This document shows positions 1 through 8,938 of a stretch of DNA of 64,000 bases, one piece after another. The DNA is taken from the NCBI GenBank assembly GCA_965209055.1, contig OZ242374.1, positions 5,888,001-5,952,000 of the forward strand, read 5' to 3'. The notes under the pieces were generated by a model. It saw only the letters and a list, made by a program, of their open reading frames with translations, was not told where the DNA came from and searched no databases. Position 1 is the first letter of the stretch. Each line of letters opens with the position of its first letter. The translations under genes and the position numbers were made by a program. The stretch comes from Acidobacteriota bacterium. Lineage in GTDB: Bacteria > Acidobacteriota > UBA6911 > RPQK01 > JAJDTT01.

Positions 1-602
1 GGCCGGGCGAGCCTTCCGGCGCGGTTCAGGAGTATTGTTGAGAGCGTCAGGAAACCGGCGCAGAACAGCAGCAGGTCCCGGGTCGGGATCTCCACGACTC
101 CGACCAGAAAGCCGGCCGACTCGCCTCCGATGATGGCTCCCAGGATGCCGCCGAGATTCACGACTGCGAAAATCCGCTTGGCCTGGGCCGAGTTCAGGAC
201 CGAATTGGCGAAGAGCCAGAACTGCGAAGTGGTCAGGATTCCGAAGATGTCGACCCAGATGTAGAAGGCGTAGTAGATCCACGAGATCTCCAGCGCCAGC
301 AACCAATGCAAGAGCAGCAGGCAGCCGATCAAAACGGCGCTGGTTCCCATGATCATCCGGTTCAGGTCCAGAACCCGGGCCAGCCTTCCGTAAATGAGCG
401 TGACGGGCAAAGCCACGAGGGCGATCAGGACAAAGACCACGGGAAGGTTGTGGGGACCGGGTCCAACCAGAAACAGGCTGTCTCTGGCCGGCTTGAGGAA
501 GAAATAGGTCAGGACGATGAGGCCGTAGCCGGAGAACAGGACGGCGGCGAGTCGGACTTCCTCCTTGCGGACCCCGAAGAGGAAGTCCACCAGCCGTATC
601 AT
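1..602 (-). CDS. Npt1/Npt2 (TLC) family nucleotide transporter-like membrane protein, 3' truncated by window edge
   Basis: Manual translation from ATG at 602: MIRLVDFLFGVRKEEVRLAAVLF...LKPARDSLFL...FYIWVDIFGILTTSQFWLFANSVLNSAQAKRIF, matching TLC-family motifs. Absent from the ORF track because no stop lies in the window. Confidence 0.8.
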   Translation of the reverse strand, partial: MIRLVDFLFGVRKEEVRLAAVLFSGYGLIVLTYFFLKPARDSLFLVGPGPHNLPVVFVLIALVALPVTLIYGRLARVLDLNRMIMGTSAVLIGCLLLLHWLLALEISWIYYAFYIWVDIFGILTTSQFWLFANSVLNSAQAKRIFAVVNLGGILGAIIGGESAGFLVGVVEIPTRDLLLFCAGFLTLSTILLNRAGRLAR

Positions 603-620
603 GGATCAGCCCGCCTTCAA

Positions 621-1991
621 TTACCGGGCTGCAGTCTCCGCGGCTGCGACTCCGGAGACCGGCCAACCCTCCCGAATCAGGGCGCGGAGCGCTCTCTCAT
701 AAGCTTCTACGGTGAAGTCCACGTCCTCGTCGGTGTGGGCCGCGGTCATCCGCCAACTCACCCCTCCCTGGGTGTCCACCCCCTCATTCAGGAGGGCCTT
801 CCGGAGAACGCCGGCCCGGGTCGGATCGTTGGCGGCTTTGAGCTGTTCATGGGGAACGGTGCACCCGTTCGCTTCATCCCACTCTCCCTCGACCCCCAGC
901 GCCACGAACAGGCCCGAGGCAAGACCGTAAGCGAGGCCGGGGATTCCCAGCCGGTCCAGTACTCCTTGCAGACCCGACCGGAGCTGTTCGTTCACGGCCT
1001 CGACCCGTTCGTTGACCGGTTCCCGGTCCAGGATCTCGAGACACGCGGCCCCCGCTACGGCGGACAGCGGATTGGCATTGAAAGTGCCGGGATGGGCGAC
1101 CCGGCGCCGGGCATCCCATTCGGGGTCGCCACGGTGCTGGATCATGTCCAGGATCTCCGCCTTGCCCACGACGGCCGCCCCGGGAAGGCCTCCGGCCAGG
1201 ATCTTGGCGTGGGTGCTCAGATCGGGCGTGATTCCGTAGCGTTGCTGGACTCCTCCCAGGGAGGCTCGAAATCCGGTAATGACCTCGTCGAAGATCAGCA
1301 GCACCCCTTTATCCCGGGTGACCTCCCTCAACCGGCGAAGGAACCCCGGTGTGATGGGCAGAAGACCGCCGATGGCCCCCGTGGGCTCTACGATCACCGC
1401 CGCAATGTCGCGGTCATTCTCCAGGACCCGCTCCACCTCGTCGATTTCCGGCGCCACCTGAACCACGGTTCCTGCCGTTCCCTGGGGAACTCCGGCGGCC
1501 TCCCCCTCGGGACTCAGGACGACGTAGTCGCTCCAGCCGTGGAAATGGTGGTGAAACTTGAGGATTTTGTTCCGTCCCGTGTAGGCCCGGACCAGGCGGA
1601 AGGCCATCAGGTCCGCCTCGGTCCCCGACGAGTGAAAACGGACCTTCTCGGAACAGGGGACCAGCTTGTTCACGATCTCGGCCCACCGGATCTCCTGCTC
1701 GGTGGCGCCGCCCACGTGGGTGCCCCGCCCCATCTGCTCCCTGACCGCCTCAACGATGGCGGGGTAGGAGTGTCCCAGAACGATCGCCCCGTGCCCGACG
1801 ACGTAGTCGATGTACCGGTTCCCGTCCACGTCCCATTTGTAGGCCCCCTCGGAATGAGTCATGTAGAGGGGAAAGGGCGTGATCCAACGCGAGTCGTGGG
1901 TGGCGCCGTCGGGAAAGGCGCGGCGTCCTCCGCCGGCCAGGCGGAAGGACCCGGGATGGTCGTCGTAGTATCGCTCGTCCACGGACTTCAT
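621..1991 (-). CDS. Class III PLP aminotransferase, glutamate-1-semialdehyde aminomutase-like
   Basis: WDVDGNRYIDY, SSGTEA, FDEVITGFR, AKILAGGLP and GTFNANP motifs. Confidence 0.88.
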   Translation of the reverse strand: MKSVDERYYDDHPGSFRLAGGGRRAFPDGATHDSRWITPFPLYMTHSEGAYKWDVDGNRYIDYVVGHGAIVLGHSYPAIVEAVREQMGRGTHVGGATEQEIRWAEIVNKLVPCSEKVRFHSSGTEADLMAFRLVRAYTGRNKILKFHHHFHGWSDYVVLSPEGEAAGVPQGTAGTVVQVAPEIDEVERVLENDRDIAAVIVEPTGAIGGLLPITPGFLRRLREVTRDKGVLLIFDEVITGFRASLGGVQQRYGITPDLSTHAKILAGGLPGAAVVGKAEILDMIQHRGDPEWDARRRVAHPGTFNANPLSAVAGAACLEILDREPVNERVEAVNEQLRSGLQGVLDRLGIPGLAYGLASGLFVALGVEGEWDEANGCTVPHEQLKAANDPTRAGVLRKALLNEGVDTQGGVSWRMTAAHTDEDVDFTVEAYERALRALIREGWPVSGVAAAETAAR

Positions 1992-2099
1992 AAATGTGCT
2001 CCTGTTTTACTGATGCAGGCCAAGTCTACTGACAGGCCGCGGCAAAAGTCACCACCGGCAGCGGGAGGCTTCGTCAGGCTGAAGCGCGATCTTCACCGG

Positions 2100-3281
2100 T
2101 CACGAGATCCCTTCCAGGCTCTGCTCAAAATCTTCCAACAGATCTCCGGGGTCCTCGATGCCCACCGAGACCCGCACCAGCGAGTCGGAGATTCCCATCC
2201 GAATCCGCTCCGAAGCCGGCACTCCGGCATGTGAGGTCGTGGCCGGACGGGTGACCAGGGTCTCCACTCCTCCCAGGCTGGGAGCCGACCGGGGAATTCG
2301 AAGACGACTCAGCAACGATTCGGCCGTTGCCACCCCTCCCCGCGCCTCGAAGCTCAGCATCCCGCCGAAGCCGGAAAAGAGCTCCCGGGCCCGCCCATGT
2401 TGGGGATGGGACTCCAGACCGGGGTAGTTGACCTCTTCGACCGCCGGGTGCGCCTCCAGAAAACGGGCCAATGCCAAGGCGTTCCCGTTGTGCCGGCCCA
2501 CCCGCAGGACCAGGGTCTTGATCCCCCGATGCAGCAGGAAGCAGGCATGAGGGTCCAGGACGCCTCCCAGGTGATTCAACCGGTGGGTCACCCGGCGCAC
2601 CAGCTCCCGGGGCCCGATGACGGCCCCCGCCGCCAGGTCCGAATGGCCGTTGAGGTACTTGGTGCCGCTGTGGACGACGAGATCGAAGCCCGATTCCACG
2701 GGCCGATAGTTGACGGGCGTGGCGAAGGTGCTGTCGATGATGGAGACCAGGCCATGTTTCCGGGCGAATCGAACCAACCGCTCCAGGTCCGGAACCTGCA
2801 TCAGGGGATTGGTGATGGTCTCCACGTAGATGGCGCGCGTGGACGGTTTCAGGAGAGCGGACCAGGTCTCGGGGCGGTTGCCGTCCATGAGGTCGTGACC
2901 GATCCCGAAATCGGCCAGGTCGCGGGTAACGAAGGTGTGAGACCCGCCGTAGAGCCCTTCCAACGCCAACAGGTGGTCTCCATGGGCGAGCAACGCCAAC
3001 AGCGTGGTGGTGATGGCGGCCATTCCGCTGGAGGCGACGACGGCCGCCTCGCCCCCCTCCAGCGAAGCCAGCTTGGCGTGGAGGGCCTGGTGATTGGGGG
3101 TGTTGTTGAGGCGGACATAGCGAACCGCGTCGTAGCTCTCCTCACCCGCGGTCTCGAAAGTGGCCGACTGGAAAATGGGGATGCTCACCGCGCCCTCGAT
3201 TCGAGGCTCGGGCTCGCCGGCATGGACGGCGCGCGTGGCCAGCCGGCGGTTTAACTCGGAATGATCACTTTGATCCGACAT
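2100..3281 (-). CDS. Cys/Met metabolism PLP enzyme (cystathionine gamma-lyase/synthase or methionine gamma-lyase family)
   Basis: SSGMAA, ETITNP, DSTFATP, HSGTKYLNGHSD and SLGGVETL motifs; GGAGG RBS upstream of ATG at 3281. Confidence 0.92.
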   Translation of the reverse strand: MSDQSDHSELNRRLATRAVHAGEPEPRIEGAVSIPIFQSATFETAGEESYDAVRYVRLNNTPNHQALHAKLASLEGGEAAVVASSGMAAITTTLLALLAHGDHLLALEGLYGGSHTFVTRDLADFGIGHDLMDGNRPETWSALLKPSTRAIYVETITNPLMQVPDLERLVRFARKHGLVSIIDSTFATPVNYRPVESGFDLVVHSGTKYLNGHSDLAAGAVIGPRELVRRVTHRLNHLGGVLDPHACFLLHRGIKTLVLRVGRHNGNALALARFLEAHPAVEEVNYPGLESHPQHGRARELFSGFGGMLSFEARGGVATAESLLSRLRIPRSAPSLGGVETLVTRPATTSHAGVPASERIRMGISDSLVRVSVGIEDPGDLLEDFEQSLEGIS

Positions 3282-3447
3282 TCGACCTCCTGAATGCAAC
3301 TCCATTTCTGCACGGAGCCAGCTACCATCCGCTCGGATCTTGTAGCCGTCTCGCCCCGCGGATACTCTAACGATCCGTGTCTTATGTCCTCACGGGCGGT
3401 CGACGCGGTTCGAATCAACCCGAAAAAACGTCTACCCGCAGGAGTCC

Positions 3448-4614
3448 ATGATACCCATGAAATTGAATCGGCGAGAGATGATCCGAACCGCCGCCGCCGT
3501 CACTTCCATCACCACGTTCTCCAGCGGCCGCAGTGTCCGCGCCGGCGCCGTCCAGGAGACTTCGGTGGTCAGCCTCCGTCCCCACCTCTATCACGGGTGG
3601 CCCACCGTCGCCCGGCGCTCCGGCGGCGAGTTGCTCGTAGTCTGCTCCGGAGGACGGGAAGGCCATGTCTGCCCCTTCGGGTGGGTGGAATTGATGCGCT
3701 CCCACGACGAAGGCCGAACCTGGACCTGGCCCCGGATCCTGATGGACGGCCCCCTCGACGATCGGGACGCCGGAGTCGTGGAAACCCAAAAGGGCAGCCT
3801 GCTGGTCACCACCTTCACCTCGGTGGCCTACCAGAAGCTGCTGGCCGGGGCCCAGGACAAGAGTCCGGGAAGTGACGGAGCCTGGCCGCAAGAAAAGCTG
3901 GCTCGCTGGCAATCCGCCCACGCCCGAATCCCGGTCCATCGCCGCGAGGCCTTGTTGGGAGGGTGGATGCTGCGTTCCACCGACGGTGGGGACACCTGGT
4001 CGGCCCCTTACCGGGTCCCCGTCAACAGCCCCCACGGACCCATTCCGCTCTCAGACGGTCGATTGCTCTACCCGGGAAAGCAGTTCGGCCACGGCGAGGG
4101 CCGGATCGGGGCGTGCGAATCCACCGACGACGGCAAGAGCTGGCGCTGGGCCGGAGGGATTCCCGTCCGTCCGGGCGACAGCCAGCACAACTATCACGAG
4201 CTGCATGGCGTCGAGGCCGCCGACGGCACCCTCATCATCCAGATCCGGAACCACAACGAAGCCAACGAACGGGAGACCCTCCAATCCGAGTCAAGCGACG
4301 GCGGCAGAACCTGGTCGATGCCCCATCCCATAGGCGTCTGGGGCCTTCCCTCCCACCTGCTCCGCCTCCGGGACGGCCGGCTGGTCATGACCTACGGGTA
4401 CCGGCGCCAGCCTTACGGCAACCAGGCCCGGATGAGCACGGACCACGGCCGATCCTGGTCCGAACCGGTTACGCTTTCGGCGGACGGCCACTCGGGAGAC
4501 CTGGGCTACCCGTCCACGGTCGAACTGAACGACGGCACCCTGTTGAGCATCTGGTACGAGAAGCTGGCCAGTTCGCCCCGGGCGGTGCTGCGCCAGGCCC
4601 GCTGGTCGCTCTAG
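3448..4614 (+). CDS. Tat-exported BNR/Asp-box sialidase-family protein
   Basis: NRREMIR twin-arginine signal; five Asp boxes (SHDEGRTW, STDGGDTW, STDDGKSW, SSDGGRTW, STDHGRSW); DLGYPS. Confidence 0.88.
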   Translation: MIPMKLNRREMIRTAAAVTSITTFSSGRSVRAGAVQETSVVSLRPHLYHGWPTVARRSGGELLVVCSGGREGHVCPFGWVELMRSHDEGRTWTWPRILMDGPLDDRDAGVVETQKGSLLVTTFTSVAYQKLLAGAQDKSPGSDGAWPQEKLARWQSAHARIPVHRREALLGGWMLRSTDGGDTWSAPYRVPVNSPHGPIPLSDGRLLYPGKQFGHGEGRIGACESTDDGKSWRWAGGIPVRPGDSQHNYHELHGVEAADGTLIIQIRNHNEANERETLQSESSDGGRTWSMPHPIGVWGLPSHLLRLRDGRLVMTYGYRRQPYGNQARMSTDHGRSWSEPVTLSADGHSGDLGYPSTVELNDGTLLSIWYEKLASSPRAVLRQARWSL

Positions 4615-4617
4615 CGG

Positions 4618-6135
4618 CTACCGCGCCACTCTCCCCCGGCTCCGCCGGTGCTGCCAGTAGCTGATGAGAGTCCCGGCGGAGAGGTCCACGGCCAGGGCGG
4701 AGGGCGCCACCCACATGAAGCTGACCGGGTCCTCTCCCGTCACCGGATCCATGCCGAAGAGGGGCCCGGAGAAGGCGATCAACCCGGCGGCCAGAATCCC
4801 CAGCATCGTCCCGGCCCAGACCCCCAGCGGCTTGGCGAAGGGAATGAAGAAGGCATAGACGAAGAGCCCGAAAATCGGCGCCACGAATAGAGACGACGTC
4901 TTGTTGCTGACCGCCCAGATGTTTCCGGGCACCTGCTCCAGAAACGAGCTGCCCACCACGATGAGGCCCCCGATGACGAAGGCCAGTATCTTGGCAATAC
5001 GGGTTCTCGCCCGCTCGCTCTCGGGGAGCCTGCCGAATCGCGCCAGAAAGTCCCTGCTGACGACCGCCGTCATGGAATTGACCCCGGAATCGATGCTGGA
5101 CATGGCCGCAGCAAACATGGCGGAGACCACCAGTCCCGAAACGCCCGGCGGCAGCATGTAGGCGATGTAGTAGGGAAAGACGTTGTCCCCGTTCCTGGTG
5201 AGGTCGATCCCTTCAGACAAATTCCCGGGGAACTCCTGGAAGAATCCCAACAGGGCGAATCCCACCATCCAGAGGGATACGAGGATGACGACGTTCACAA
5301 TCTGGTGGGTCAGGTAGGCCCGGCGGGCCGCACGGGGGTCCCGGGTCGCCATGAAGCGCTGGACCATGGTCTGGTCCCCACCGGCGATGCAGACGGTGAG
5401 GACGAAGACGTAGAAAATGGATCCAAGGATGCTGATCCGGACGCCGGGATCGAAGCTGAAGAGAGGTTGAACGTCCCAGTGAGGCTGCCATCCGGAGGGA
5501 ACCCAACCCAAGCCCCCCAAGTTCCAGGTCACCAGGCCGATGGCCAGGCAGGCGCCGCCGAACATGAGGAGCGTTTGGATGGTGTCGGTGATCACCACCG
5601 CGCGAAGACCCCCCAGAGACGTGTAAAGAACCGCCACCAGCCCGGTCAGGAGGGTGACCAGCGGGATCTAGGACTCGTCCACGCCCATCATGACGGTCAT
5701 GGCCTTGGCCGACAGGTAGATCAGGAGCGACATCCAGATGAGGCGGACCAGCAGGAACAGCACCGATCCCAACAGGCGGACACCCAGACCCAGCCGCTCT
5801 TCCAGGAGCTCGTAGGCGCTGGTCACCCGGCTCCTCATATAGACGGGAATGATGACGTAAGCCACGATCAGGAAGGCGAAGGGATAGGCCAGCAGGTTGC
5901 ACAGCGCACCGGGCCCCTTGGAGATGGCTTCTCCAGGGACGGCCAGATACGAAATGGTGCTCAGCAGCGTGGCGAACATGGAGAACCCGATGAGAATCGG
6001 GTTCATCCGGCCGCTGCCGGTAAAGTACTCCCGGGTCGTCTTCTGCCGGCGGCCGCAGGCGTAGCCCAGGACGACGGTTCCCAGGGCGTAGAGGAGGAGG
6101 ATGGCCCAGTCGACCGCCGTCAGTCCGCCCGGCAA
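4618..6135 (-). pseudogene. Sodium:solute symporter (SSS, SiaT-like) interrupted by one in-frame TAG at 5668-5670
   Basis: ORFs 5668-6135 and 4618-5637 share a frame and join as ...MGVDES*IPLVTLLTGLVAVLYTSLGGLRAVVITD; SSS motifs EYFTGSGRM, DQTMVQRF and FAAAMSSIDSGVNS. Confidence 0.8.
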
Positions 6136-6188
6136 GCGTCTACCCTATCCCGCCGGACCTCGCGAGGAGCCTCCCGCGGCGCTGGACT

Positions 6189-6776
6189 CTACTGCTCGGA
6201 GAGTTTGCTCTCGATCAGGCTGACGACCGCGGGGTCGTCGGGGCGTGTCCGGGGCTGGAACCGGGCCACGACGTTTCCGGACCGGTCCAGAACGAACTTC
6301 TCGAAGTTCCAACTGATCTCGCCGGTCCCCTTGGGCGAGGTCGGGACCGACTTGAGGTACTTGTAGAGACCGGCCGCGCCGTCGCCGTTGACCTCGATCT
6401 TGGAAAACATGTCGAACTCGACGCCGTAGTTGGCGGTGCAGAACGTGCGAATCTCTGCGTCGGTTCCCGGTTCCTGGCCCTTGAACTGGTTGCACGGGAA
6501 TCCCAGGATCGCCAGGCCCTGTCCCGAGTACTTCTCGTGCAGGTCCTGAAGCTGCTCGTATTGCGGCGTCAGTCCGCACTTGCTGGCCACGTTCACGATC
6601 ATCACGACCTTGCCCTTGTACGCGCTCAGGTCCACGGCCTTGCCGTCCAGGGACTTCAGGGTGAAGTCGAGTGCGGGAGCGGACTTTTCGCCCGCCTCGA
6701 CGCTGACGGTTCCCGCCAGCAGGACAGCCACAACCAGACAGGCGGCAAATGGGGACAGATCAGAGAAACTGGACAT
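6189..6776 (-). CDS. Glutathione peroxidase family (Cys type) with signal peptide
   Basis: VNVASKCGLT, LGFPCNQF and WNFEKF motifs; GGAGG RBS. Confidence 0.93.
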   Translation of the reverse strand: MSSFSDLSPFAACLVVAVLLAGTVSVEAGEKSAPALDFTLKSLDGKAVDLSAYKGKVVMIVNVASKCGLTPQYEQLQDLHEKYSGQGLAILGFPCNQFKGQEPGTDAEIRTFCTANYGVEFDMFSKIEVNGDGAAGLYKYLKSVPTSPKGTGEISWNFEKFVLDRSGNVVARFQPRTRPDDPAVVSLIESKLSEQ

Positions 6777-6913
6777 GAGAAATCCTCCTCACAACAACCC
6801 GGCGTCCACCGGAAACACAAACCTGAACCTCAGTTTACGCTGTCTGGGCGCGAGAAATCCAGGTTGACCACCGGCCCCTGTTATCAAAACGTTGACCCGG
6901 CTATCATCTGCGA

Positions 6914-8017
6914 ATGAGCAAACCACTGATCGTCGACCTGCATCTGGACCTGGCCTGGGACGCGCTCTACTGGAATCGGGACCTGACTCTTACGGCGGAA
7001 CAGGTCCGGGAGCAGGAACGGCGGGAACCGCCTCAAGTCGCTCCCGGCCACACTTGCGGCACCTGCACCACCACCTTCCCCGAACTCCGCCAGGGTGGCG
7101 TCGGCGTCATCCTCAGCACCATCATGTCGCGGACCCAGACCCGATCGGGGCGCATGAAGGACGGCCTGCGGACCCAGGAACAGTGCATCGGCATGGGACG
7201 GGGACACCTGGCGTACTACCAGGCCATGGCCCGCCGGGGCCAGCTCAAGCCGGTGCACGGTTGGGCCGATCTGGAAGAGGCCGTCGAGGCTTGGAAGGAT
7301 CCGCAGCCGGACACCCCCATCTACCATGTCCTGTCCATGGAGAGCGCCGATCCCATCGCCGACCCCGACGACGTCCAGTTCTGGTGGGACGCCGGACTGC
7401 GCGTGGTGGGGCCCGCTCACTTCGGCGACAACACCTACATCCACGGCACCGGCACCGAAGGGGGCATCAAGGCTCCCGCCCCGGCTCTCTACCGGGCCAT
7501 GCGCGAGGCCGGGATCATCCTGGACATCACCCACATGGCCGACCAGGCGGTCTGGGAGTCCCTGGAGATCTGGGACGGTCCCATCTGCGCCACCCATTGC
7601 TCCGCCCGGGCGCTGATCAAGGGCCAGCGCCATCTGACCGACGACATGATCCGAGAGGTGATCCGGCGGGACGGCGTCATCGGCATGGTCTTCTGCCAGA
7701 GCTTCATCGATCCGGCCATCGAATGGGGAAACCGACCGGCCATCGACGGCAGCGGCGGCAAGTACGGCATGGACGGGTTCATTCCCATCATCGAGCACAT
7801 CGGCGACCTGGCCGGCGGCACGCTGGAGCACGTCGGCGTCGGGACCGACATGGACGGCGGTTTCGGAGCCGAGATGACTCCCAAGGACGTGGACACCATG
7901 GCGGACGTGGCCAATTTCGCAAACGTCCTGTCCGACGCCGGCTATCGCGCCGACGAGGTCGAAGGGATTCTGAGCGGCAATGCGCTCAGGCTGTTCAAAC
8001 GGGTCTGGAATTCCTGA
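6914..8017 (+). CDS. Membrane dipeptidase (peptidase M19 family)
   Basis: DLHLD, SMESAD, LDITHM, ATHC and GVGTDMDGG motifs. Confidence 0.88.
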   Translation: MSKPLIVDLHLDLAWDALYWNRDLTLTAEQVREQERREPPQVAPGHTCGTCTTTFPELRQGGVGVILSTIMSRTQTRSGRMKDGLRTQEQCIGMGRGHLAYYQAMARRGQLKPVHGWADLEEAVEAWKDPQPDTPIYHVLSMESADPIADPDDVQFWWDAGLRVVGPAHFGDNTYIHGTGTEGGIKAPAPALYRAMREAGIILDITHMADQAVWESLEIWDGPICATHCSARALIKGQRHLTDDMIREVIRRDGVIGMVFCQSFIDPAIEWGNRPAIDGSGGKYGMDGFIPIIEHIGDLAGGTLEHVGVGTDMDGGFGAEMTPKDVDTMADVANFANVLSDAGYRADEVEGILSGNALRLFKRVWNS

Positions 8018-8020
8018 TTT

Positions 8021-8782
8021 TCAGTATTCGATCTTCACCCAGTCGAACATGATCAGACCCTTGGGCAGGCGATCCTGGTCCACCGGATAGTCCATGCCCG
8101 CCCTCTGAGCGTGAAGGTCCGTCACCTCGTCCGAGAGGGGAACGATCTCCAACGGGAACAGGACAAAGATGAGGTCGATGTTCACGTCCTCCAGCACCTT
8201 CCCGATCTCGTCGCAACCGTAGAGCCCGGTCCGGTCGTGACGCGAACCCAGGCAGGTCCACTGGCCGGGGTCGGGGGCCAGAGTCACGGTCTGCTCGCTC
8301 CACTCCCTCGTGACCCGGAAGGGTTGTCCGGTCAGGACCATGTTGGCCGTGGTCTTGTCGGTCTCGGATTGGGCCAGCAGCAGAAGCTCGGCTCCCCGGG
8401 CCTGCAACTCTCCCCGCAGGCGGACCGTCATTCGGGCGTTGGCCAAGCGCGTGGAGTAGCCCTGCTCCACGAACGAGTTGTTGGTGTAGGGCAGGCGCGA
8501 GGCCGCCGTGGGATGCTCGTACCATCTCCCGTCGGTGTACAGCCACATCACCAGGTGGAGATATCCGGCTCCGGGCGGGGCGTGGTTGGAGTCCAGAAAC
8601 CAGGGGCCGTGGCAATAGGCCACACCGTCCCACACGGGGAGCGCGTAGTGGCGGTCGGCGTACCAGCCGCCGTTGCCGTGATTGAAGTCTTCGAAATAGA
8701 CCCGGGGGTTTCCAACCTGTCCGGGGTCGCAACCGGTCAGGACTGCCACACAACCCATCAGCAAGAGTTGTCTCATTCTCAT
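8021..8782 (-). CDS. Hypothetical lipoprotein
   Basis: Signal peptide with lipobox LTGC; aromatic-rich, beta-rich-looking sequence; fills the gap between flanking genes. Confidence 0.65.
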   Translation of the reverse strand: MRMRQLLLMGCVAVLTGCDPGQVGNPRVYFEDFNHGNGGWYADRHYALPVWDGVAYCHGPWFLDSNHAPPGAGYLHLVMWLYTDGRWYEHPTAASRLPYTNNSFVEQGYSTRLANARMTVRLRGELQARGAELLLLAQSETDKTTANMVLTGQPFRVTREWSEQTVTLAPDPGQWTCLGSRHDRTGLYGCDEIGKVLEDVNIDLIFVLFPLEIVPLSDEVTDLHAQRAGMDYPVDQDRLPKGLIMFDWVKIEY

Positions 8783-8841
8783 TGGGAACCTCACATTGTG
8801 GGGCGATTATCGTTTGCGCCTGTTCCGAAGGCCACGTCCAA

Positions 8842-8925
8842 GTGTAAAGGGGGGACTGCCGTCCCCCCTAACCCCCATCGGCGGTTGGAAACTGCCGCTC
8901 CCGGCGGCAAGGATGCCGCCGCTCC
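8842..8925. repeat. REP-like composite element, copy 1 (leader plus two hairpin-GCTCC units)
   Basis: GTGTAAAGG leader shared with 49972; hairpins GGCGGTT-gga-AACTGCC and GGCGGCA-agga-TGCCGCC, each followed by GCTCC. Confidence 0.75.
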
Positions 8926-8938
8926 TTTGGCCGCTCCC

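Noticed and set aside
621-1991. Assigning the symbol hemL
   Set aside because: The sequence is divergent, there is no heme gene context and GSA-like paralogs are common.
306-2234. Long + strand ORF (642 aa), and similar ones at 24436-26916, 29764-32811, 41761-44223 and 45057-46940
   Set aside because: These are antisense or shifted-frame shadows of motif-bearing genes, typical of high-GC DNA, with no recognisable domains.
5668-5670. Genome-wide TAG recoding
   Set aside because: TAG ends several clearly complete genes in this window.
6189-6776. Selenocysteine glutathione peroxidase
   Set aside because: The active-site codon is TGC (Cys) and there is no in-frame TGA.
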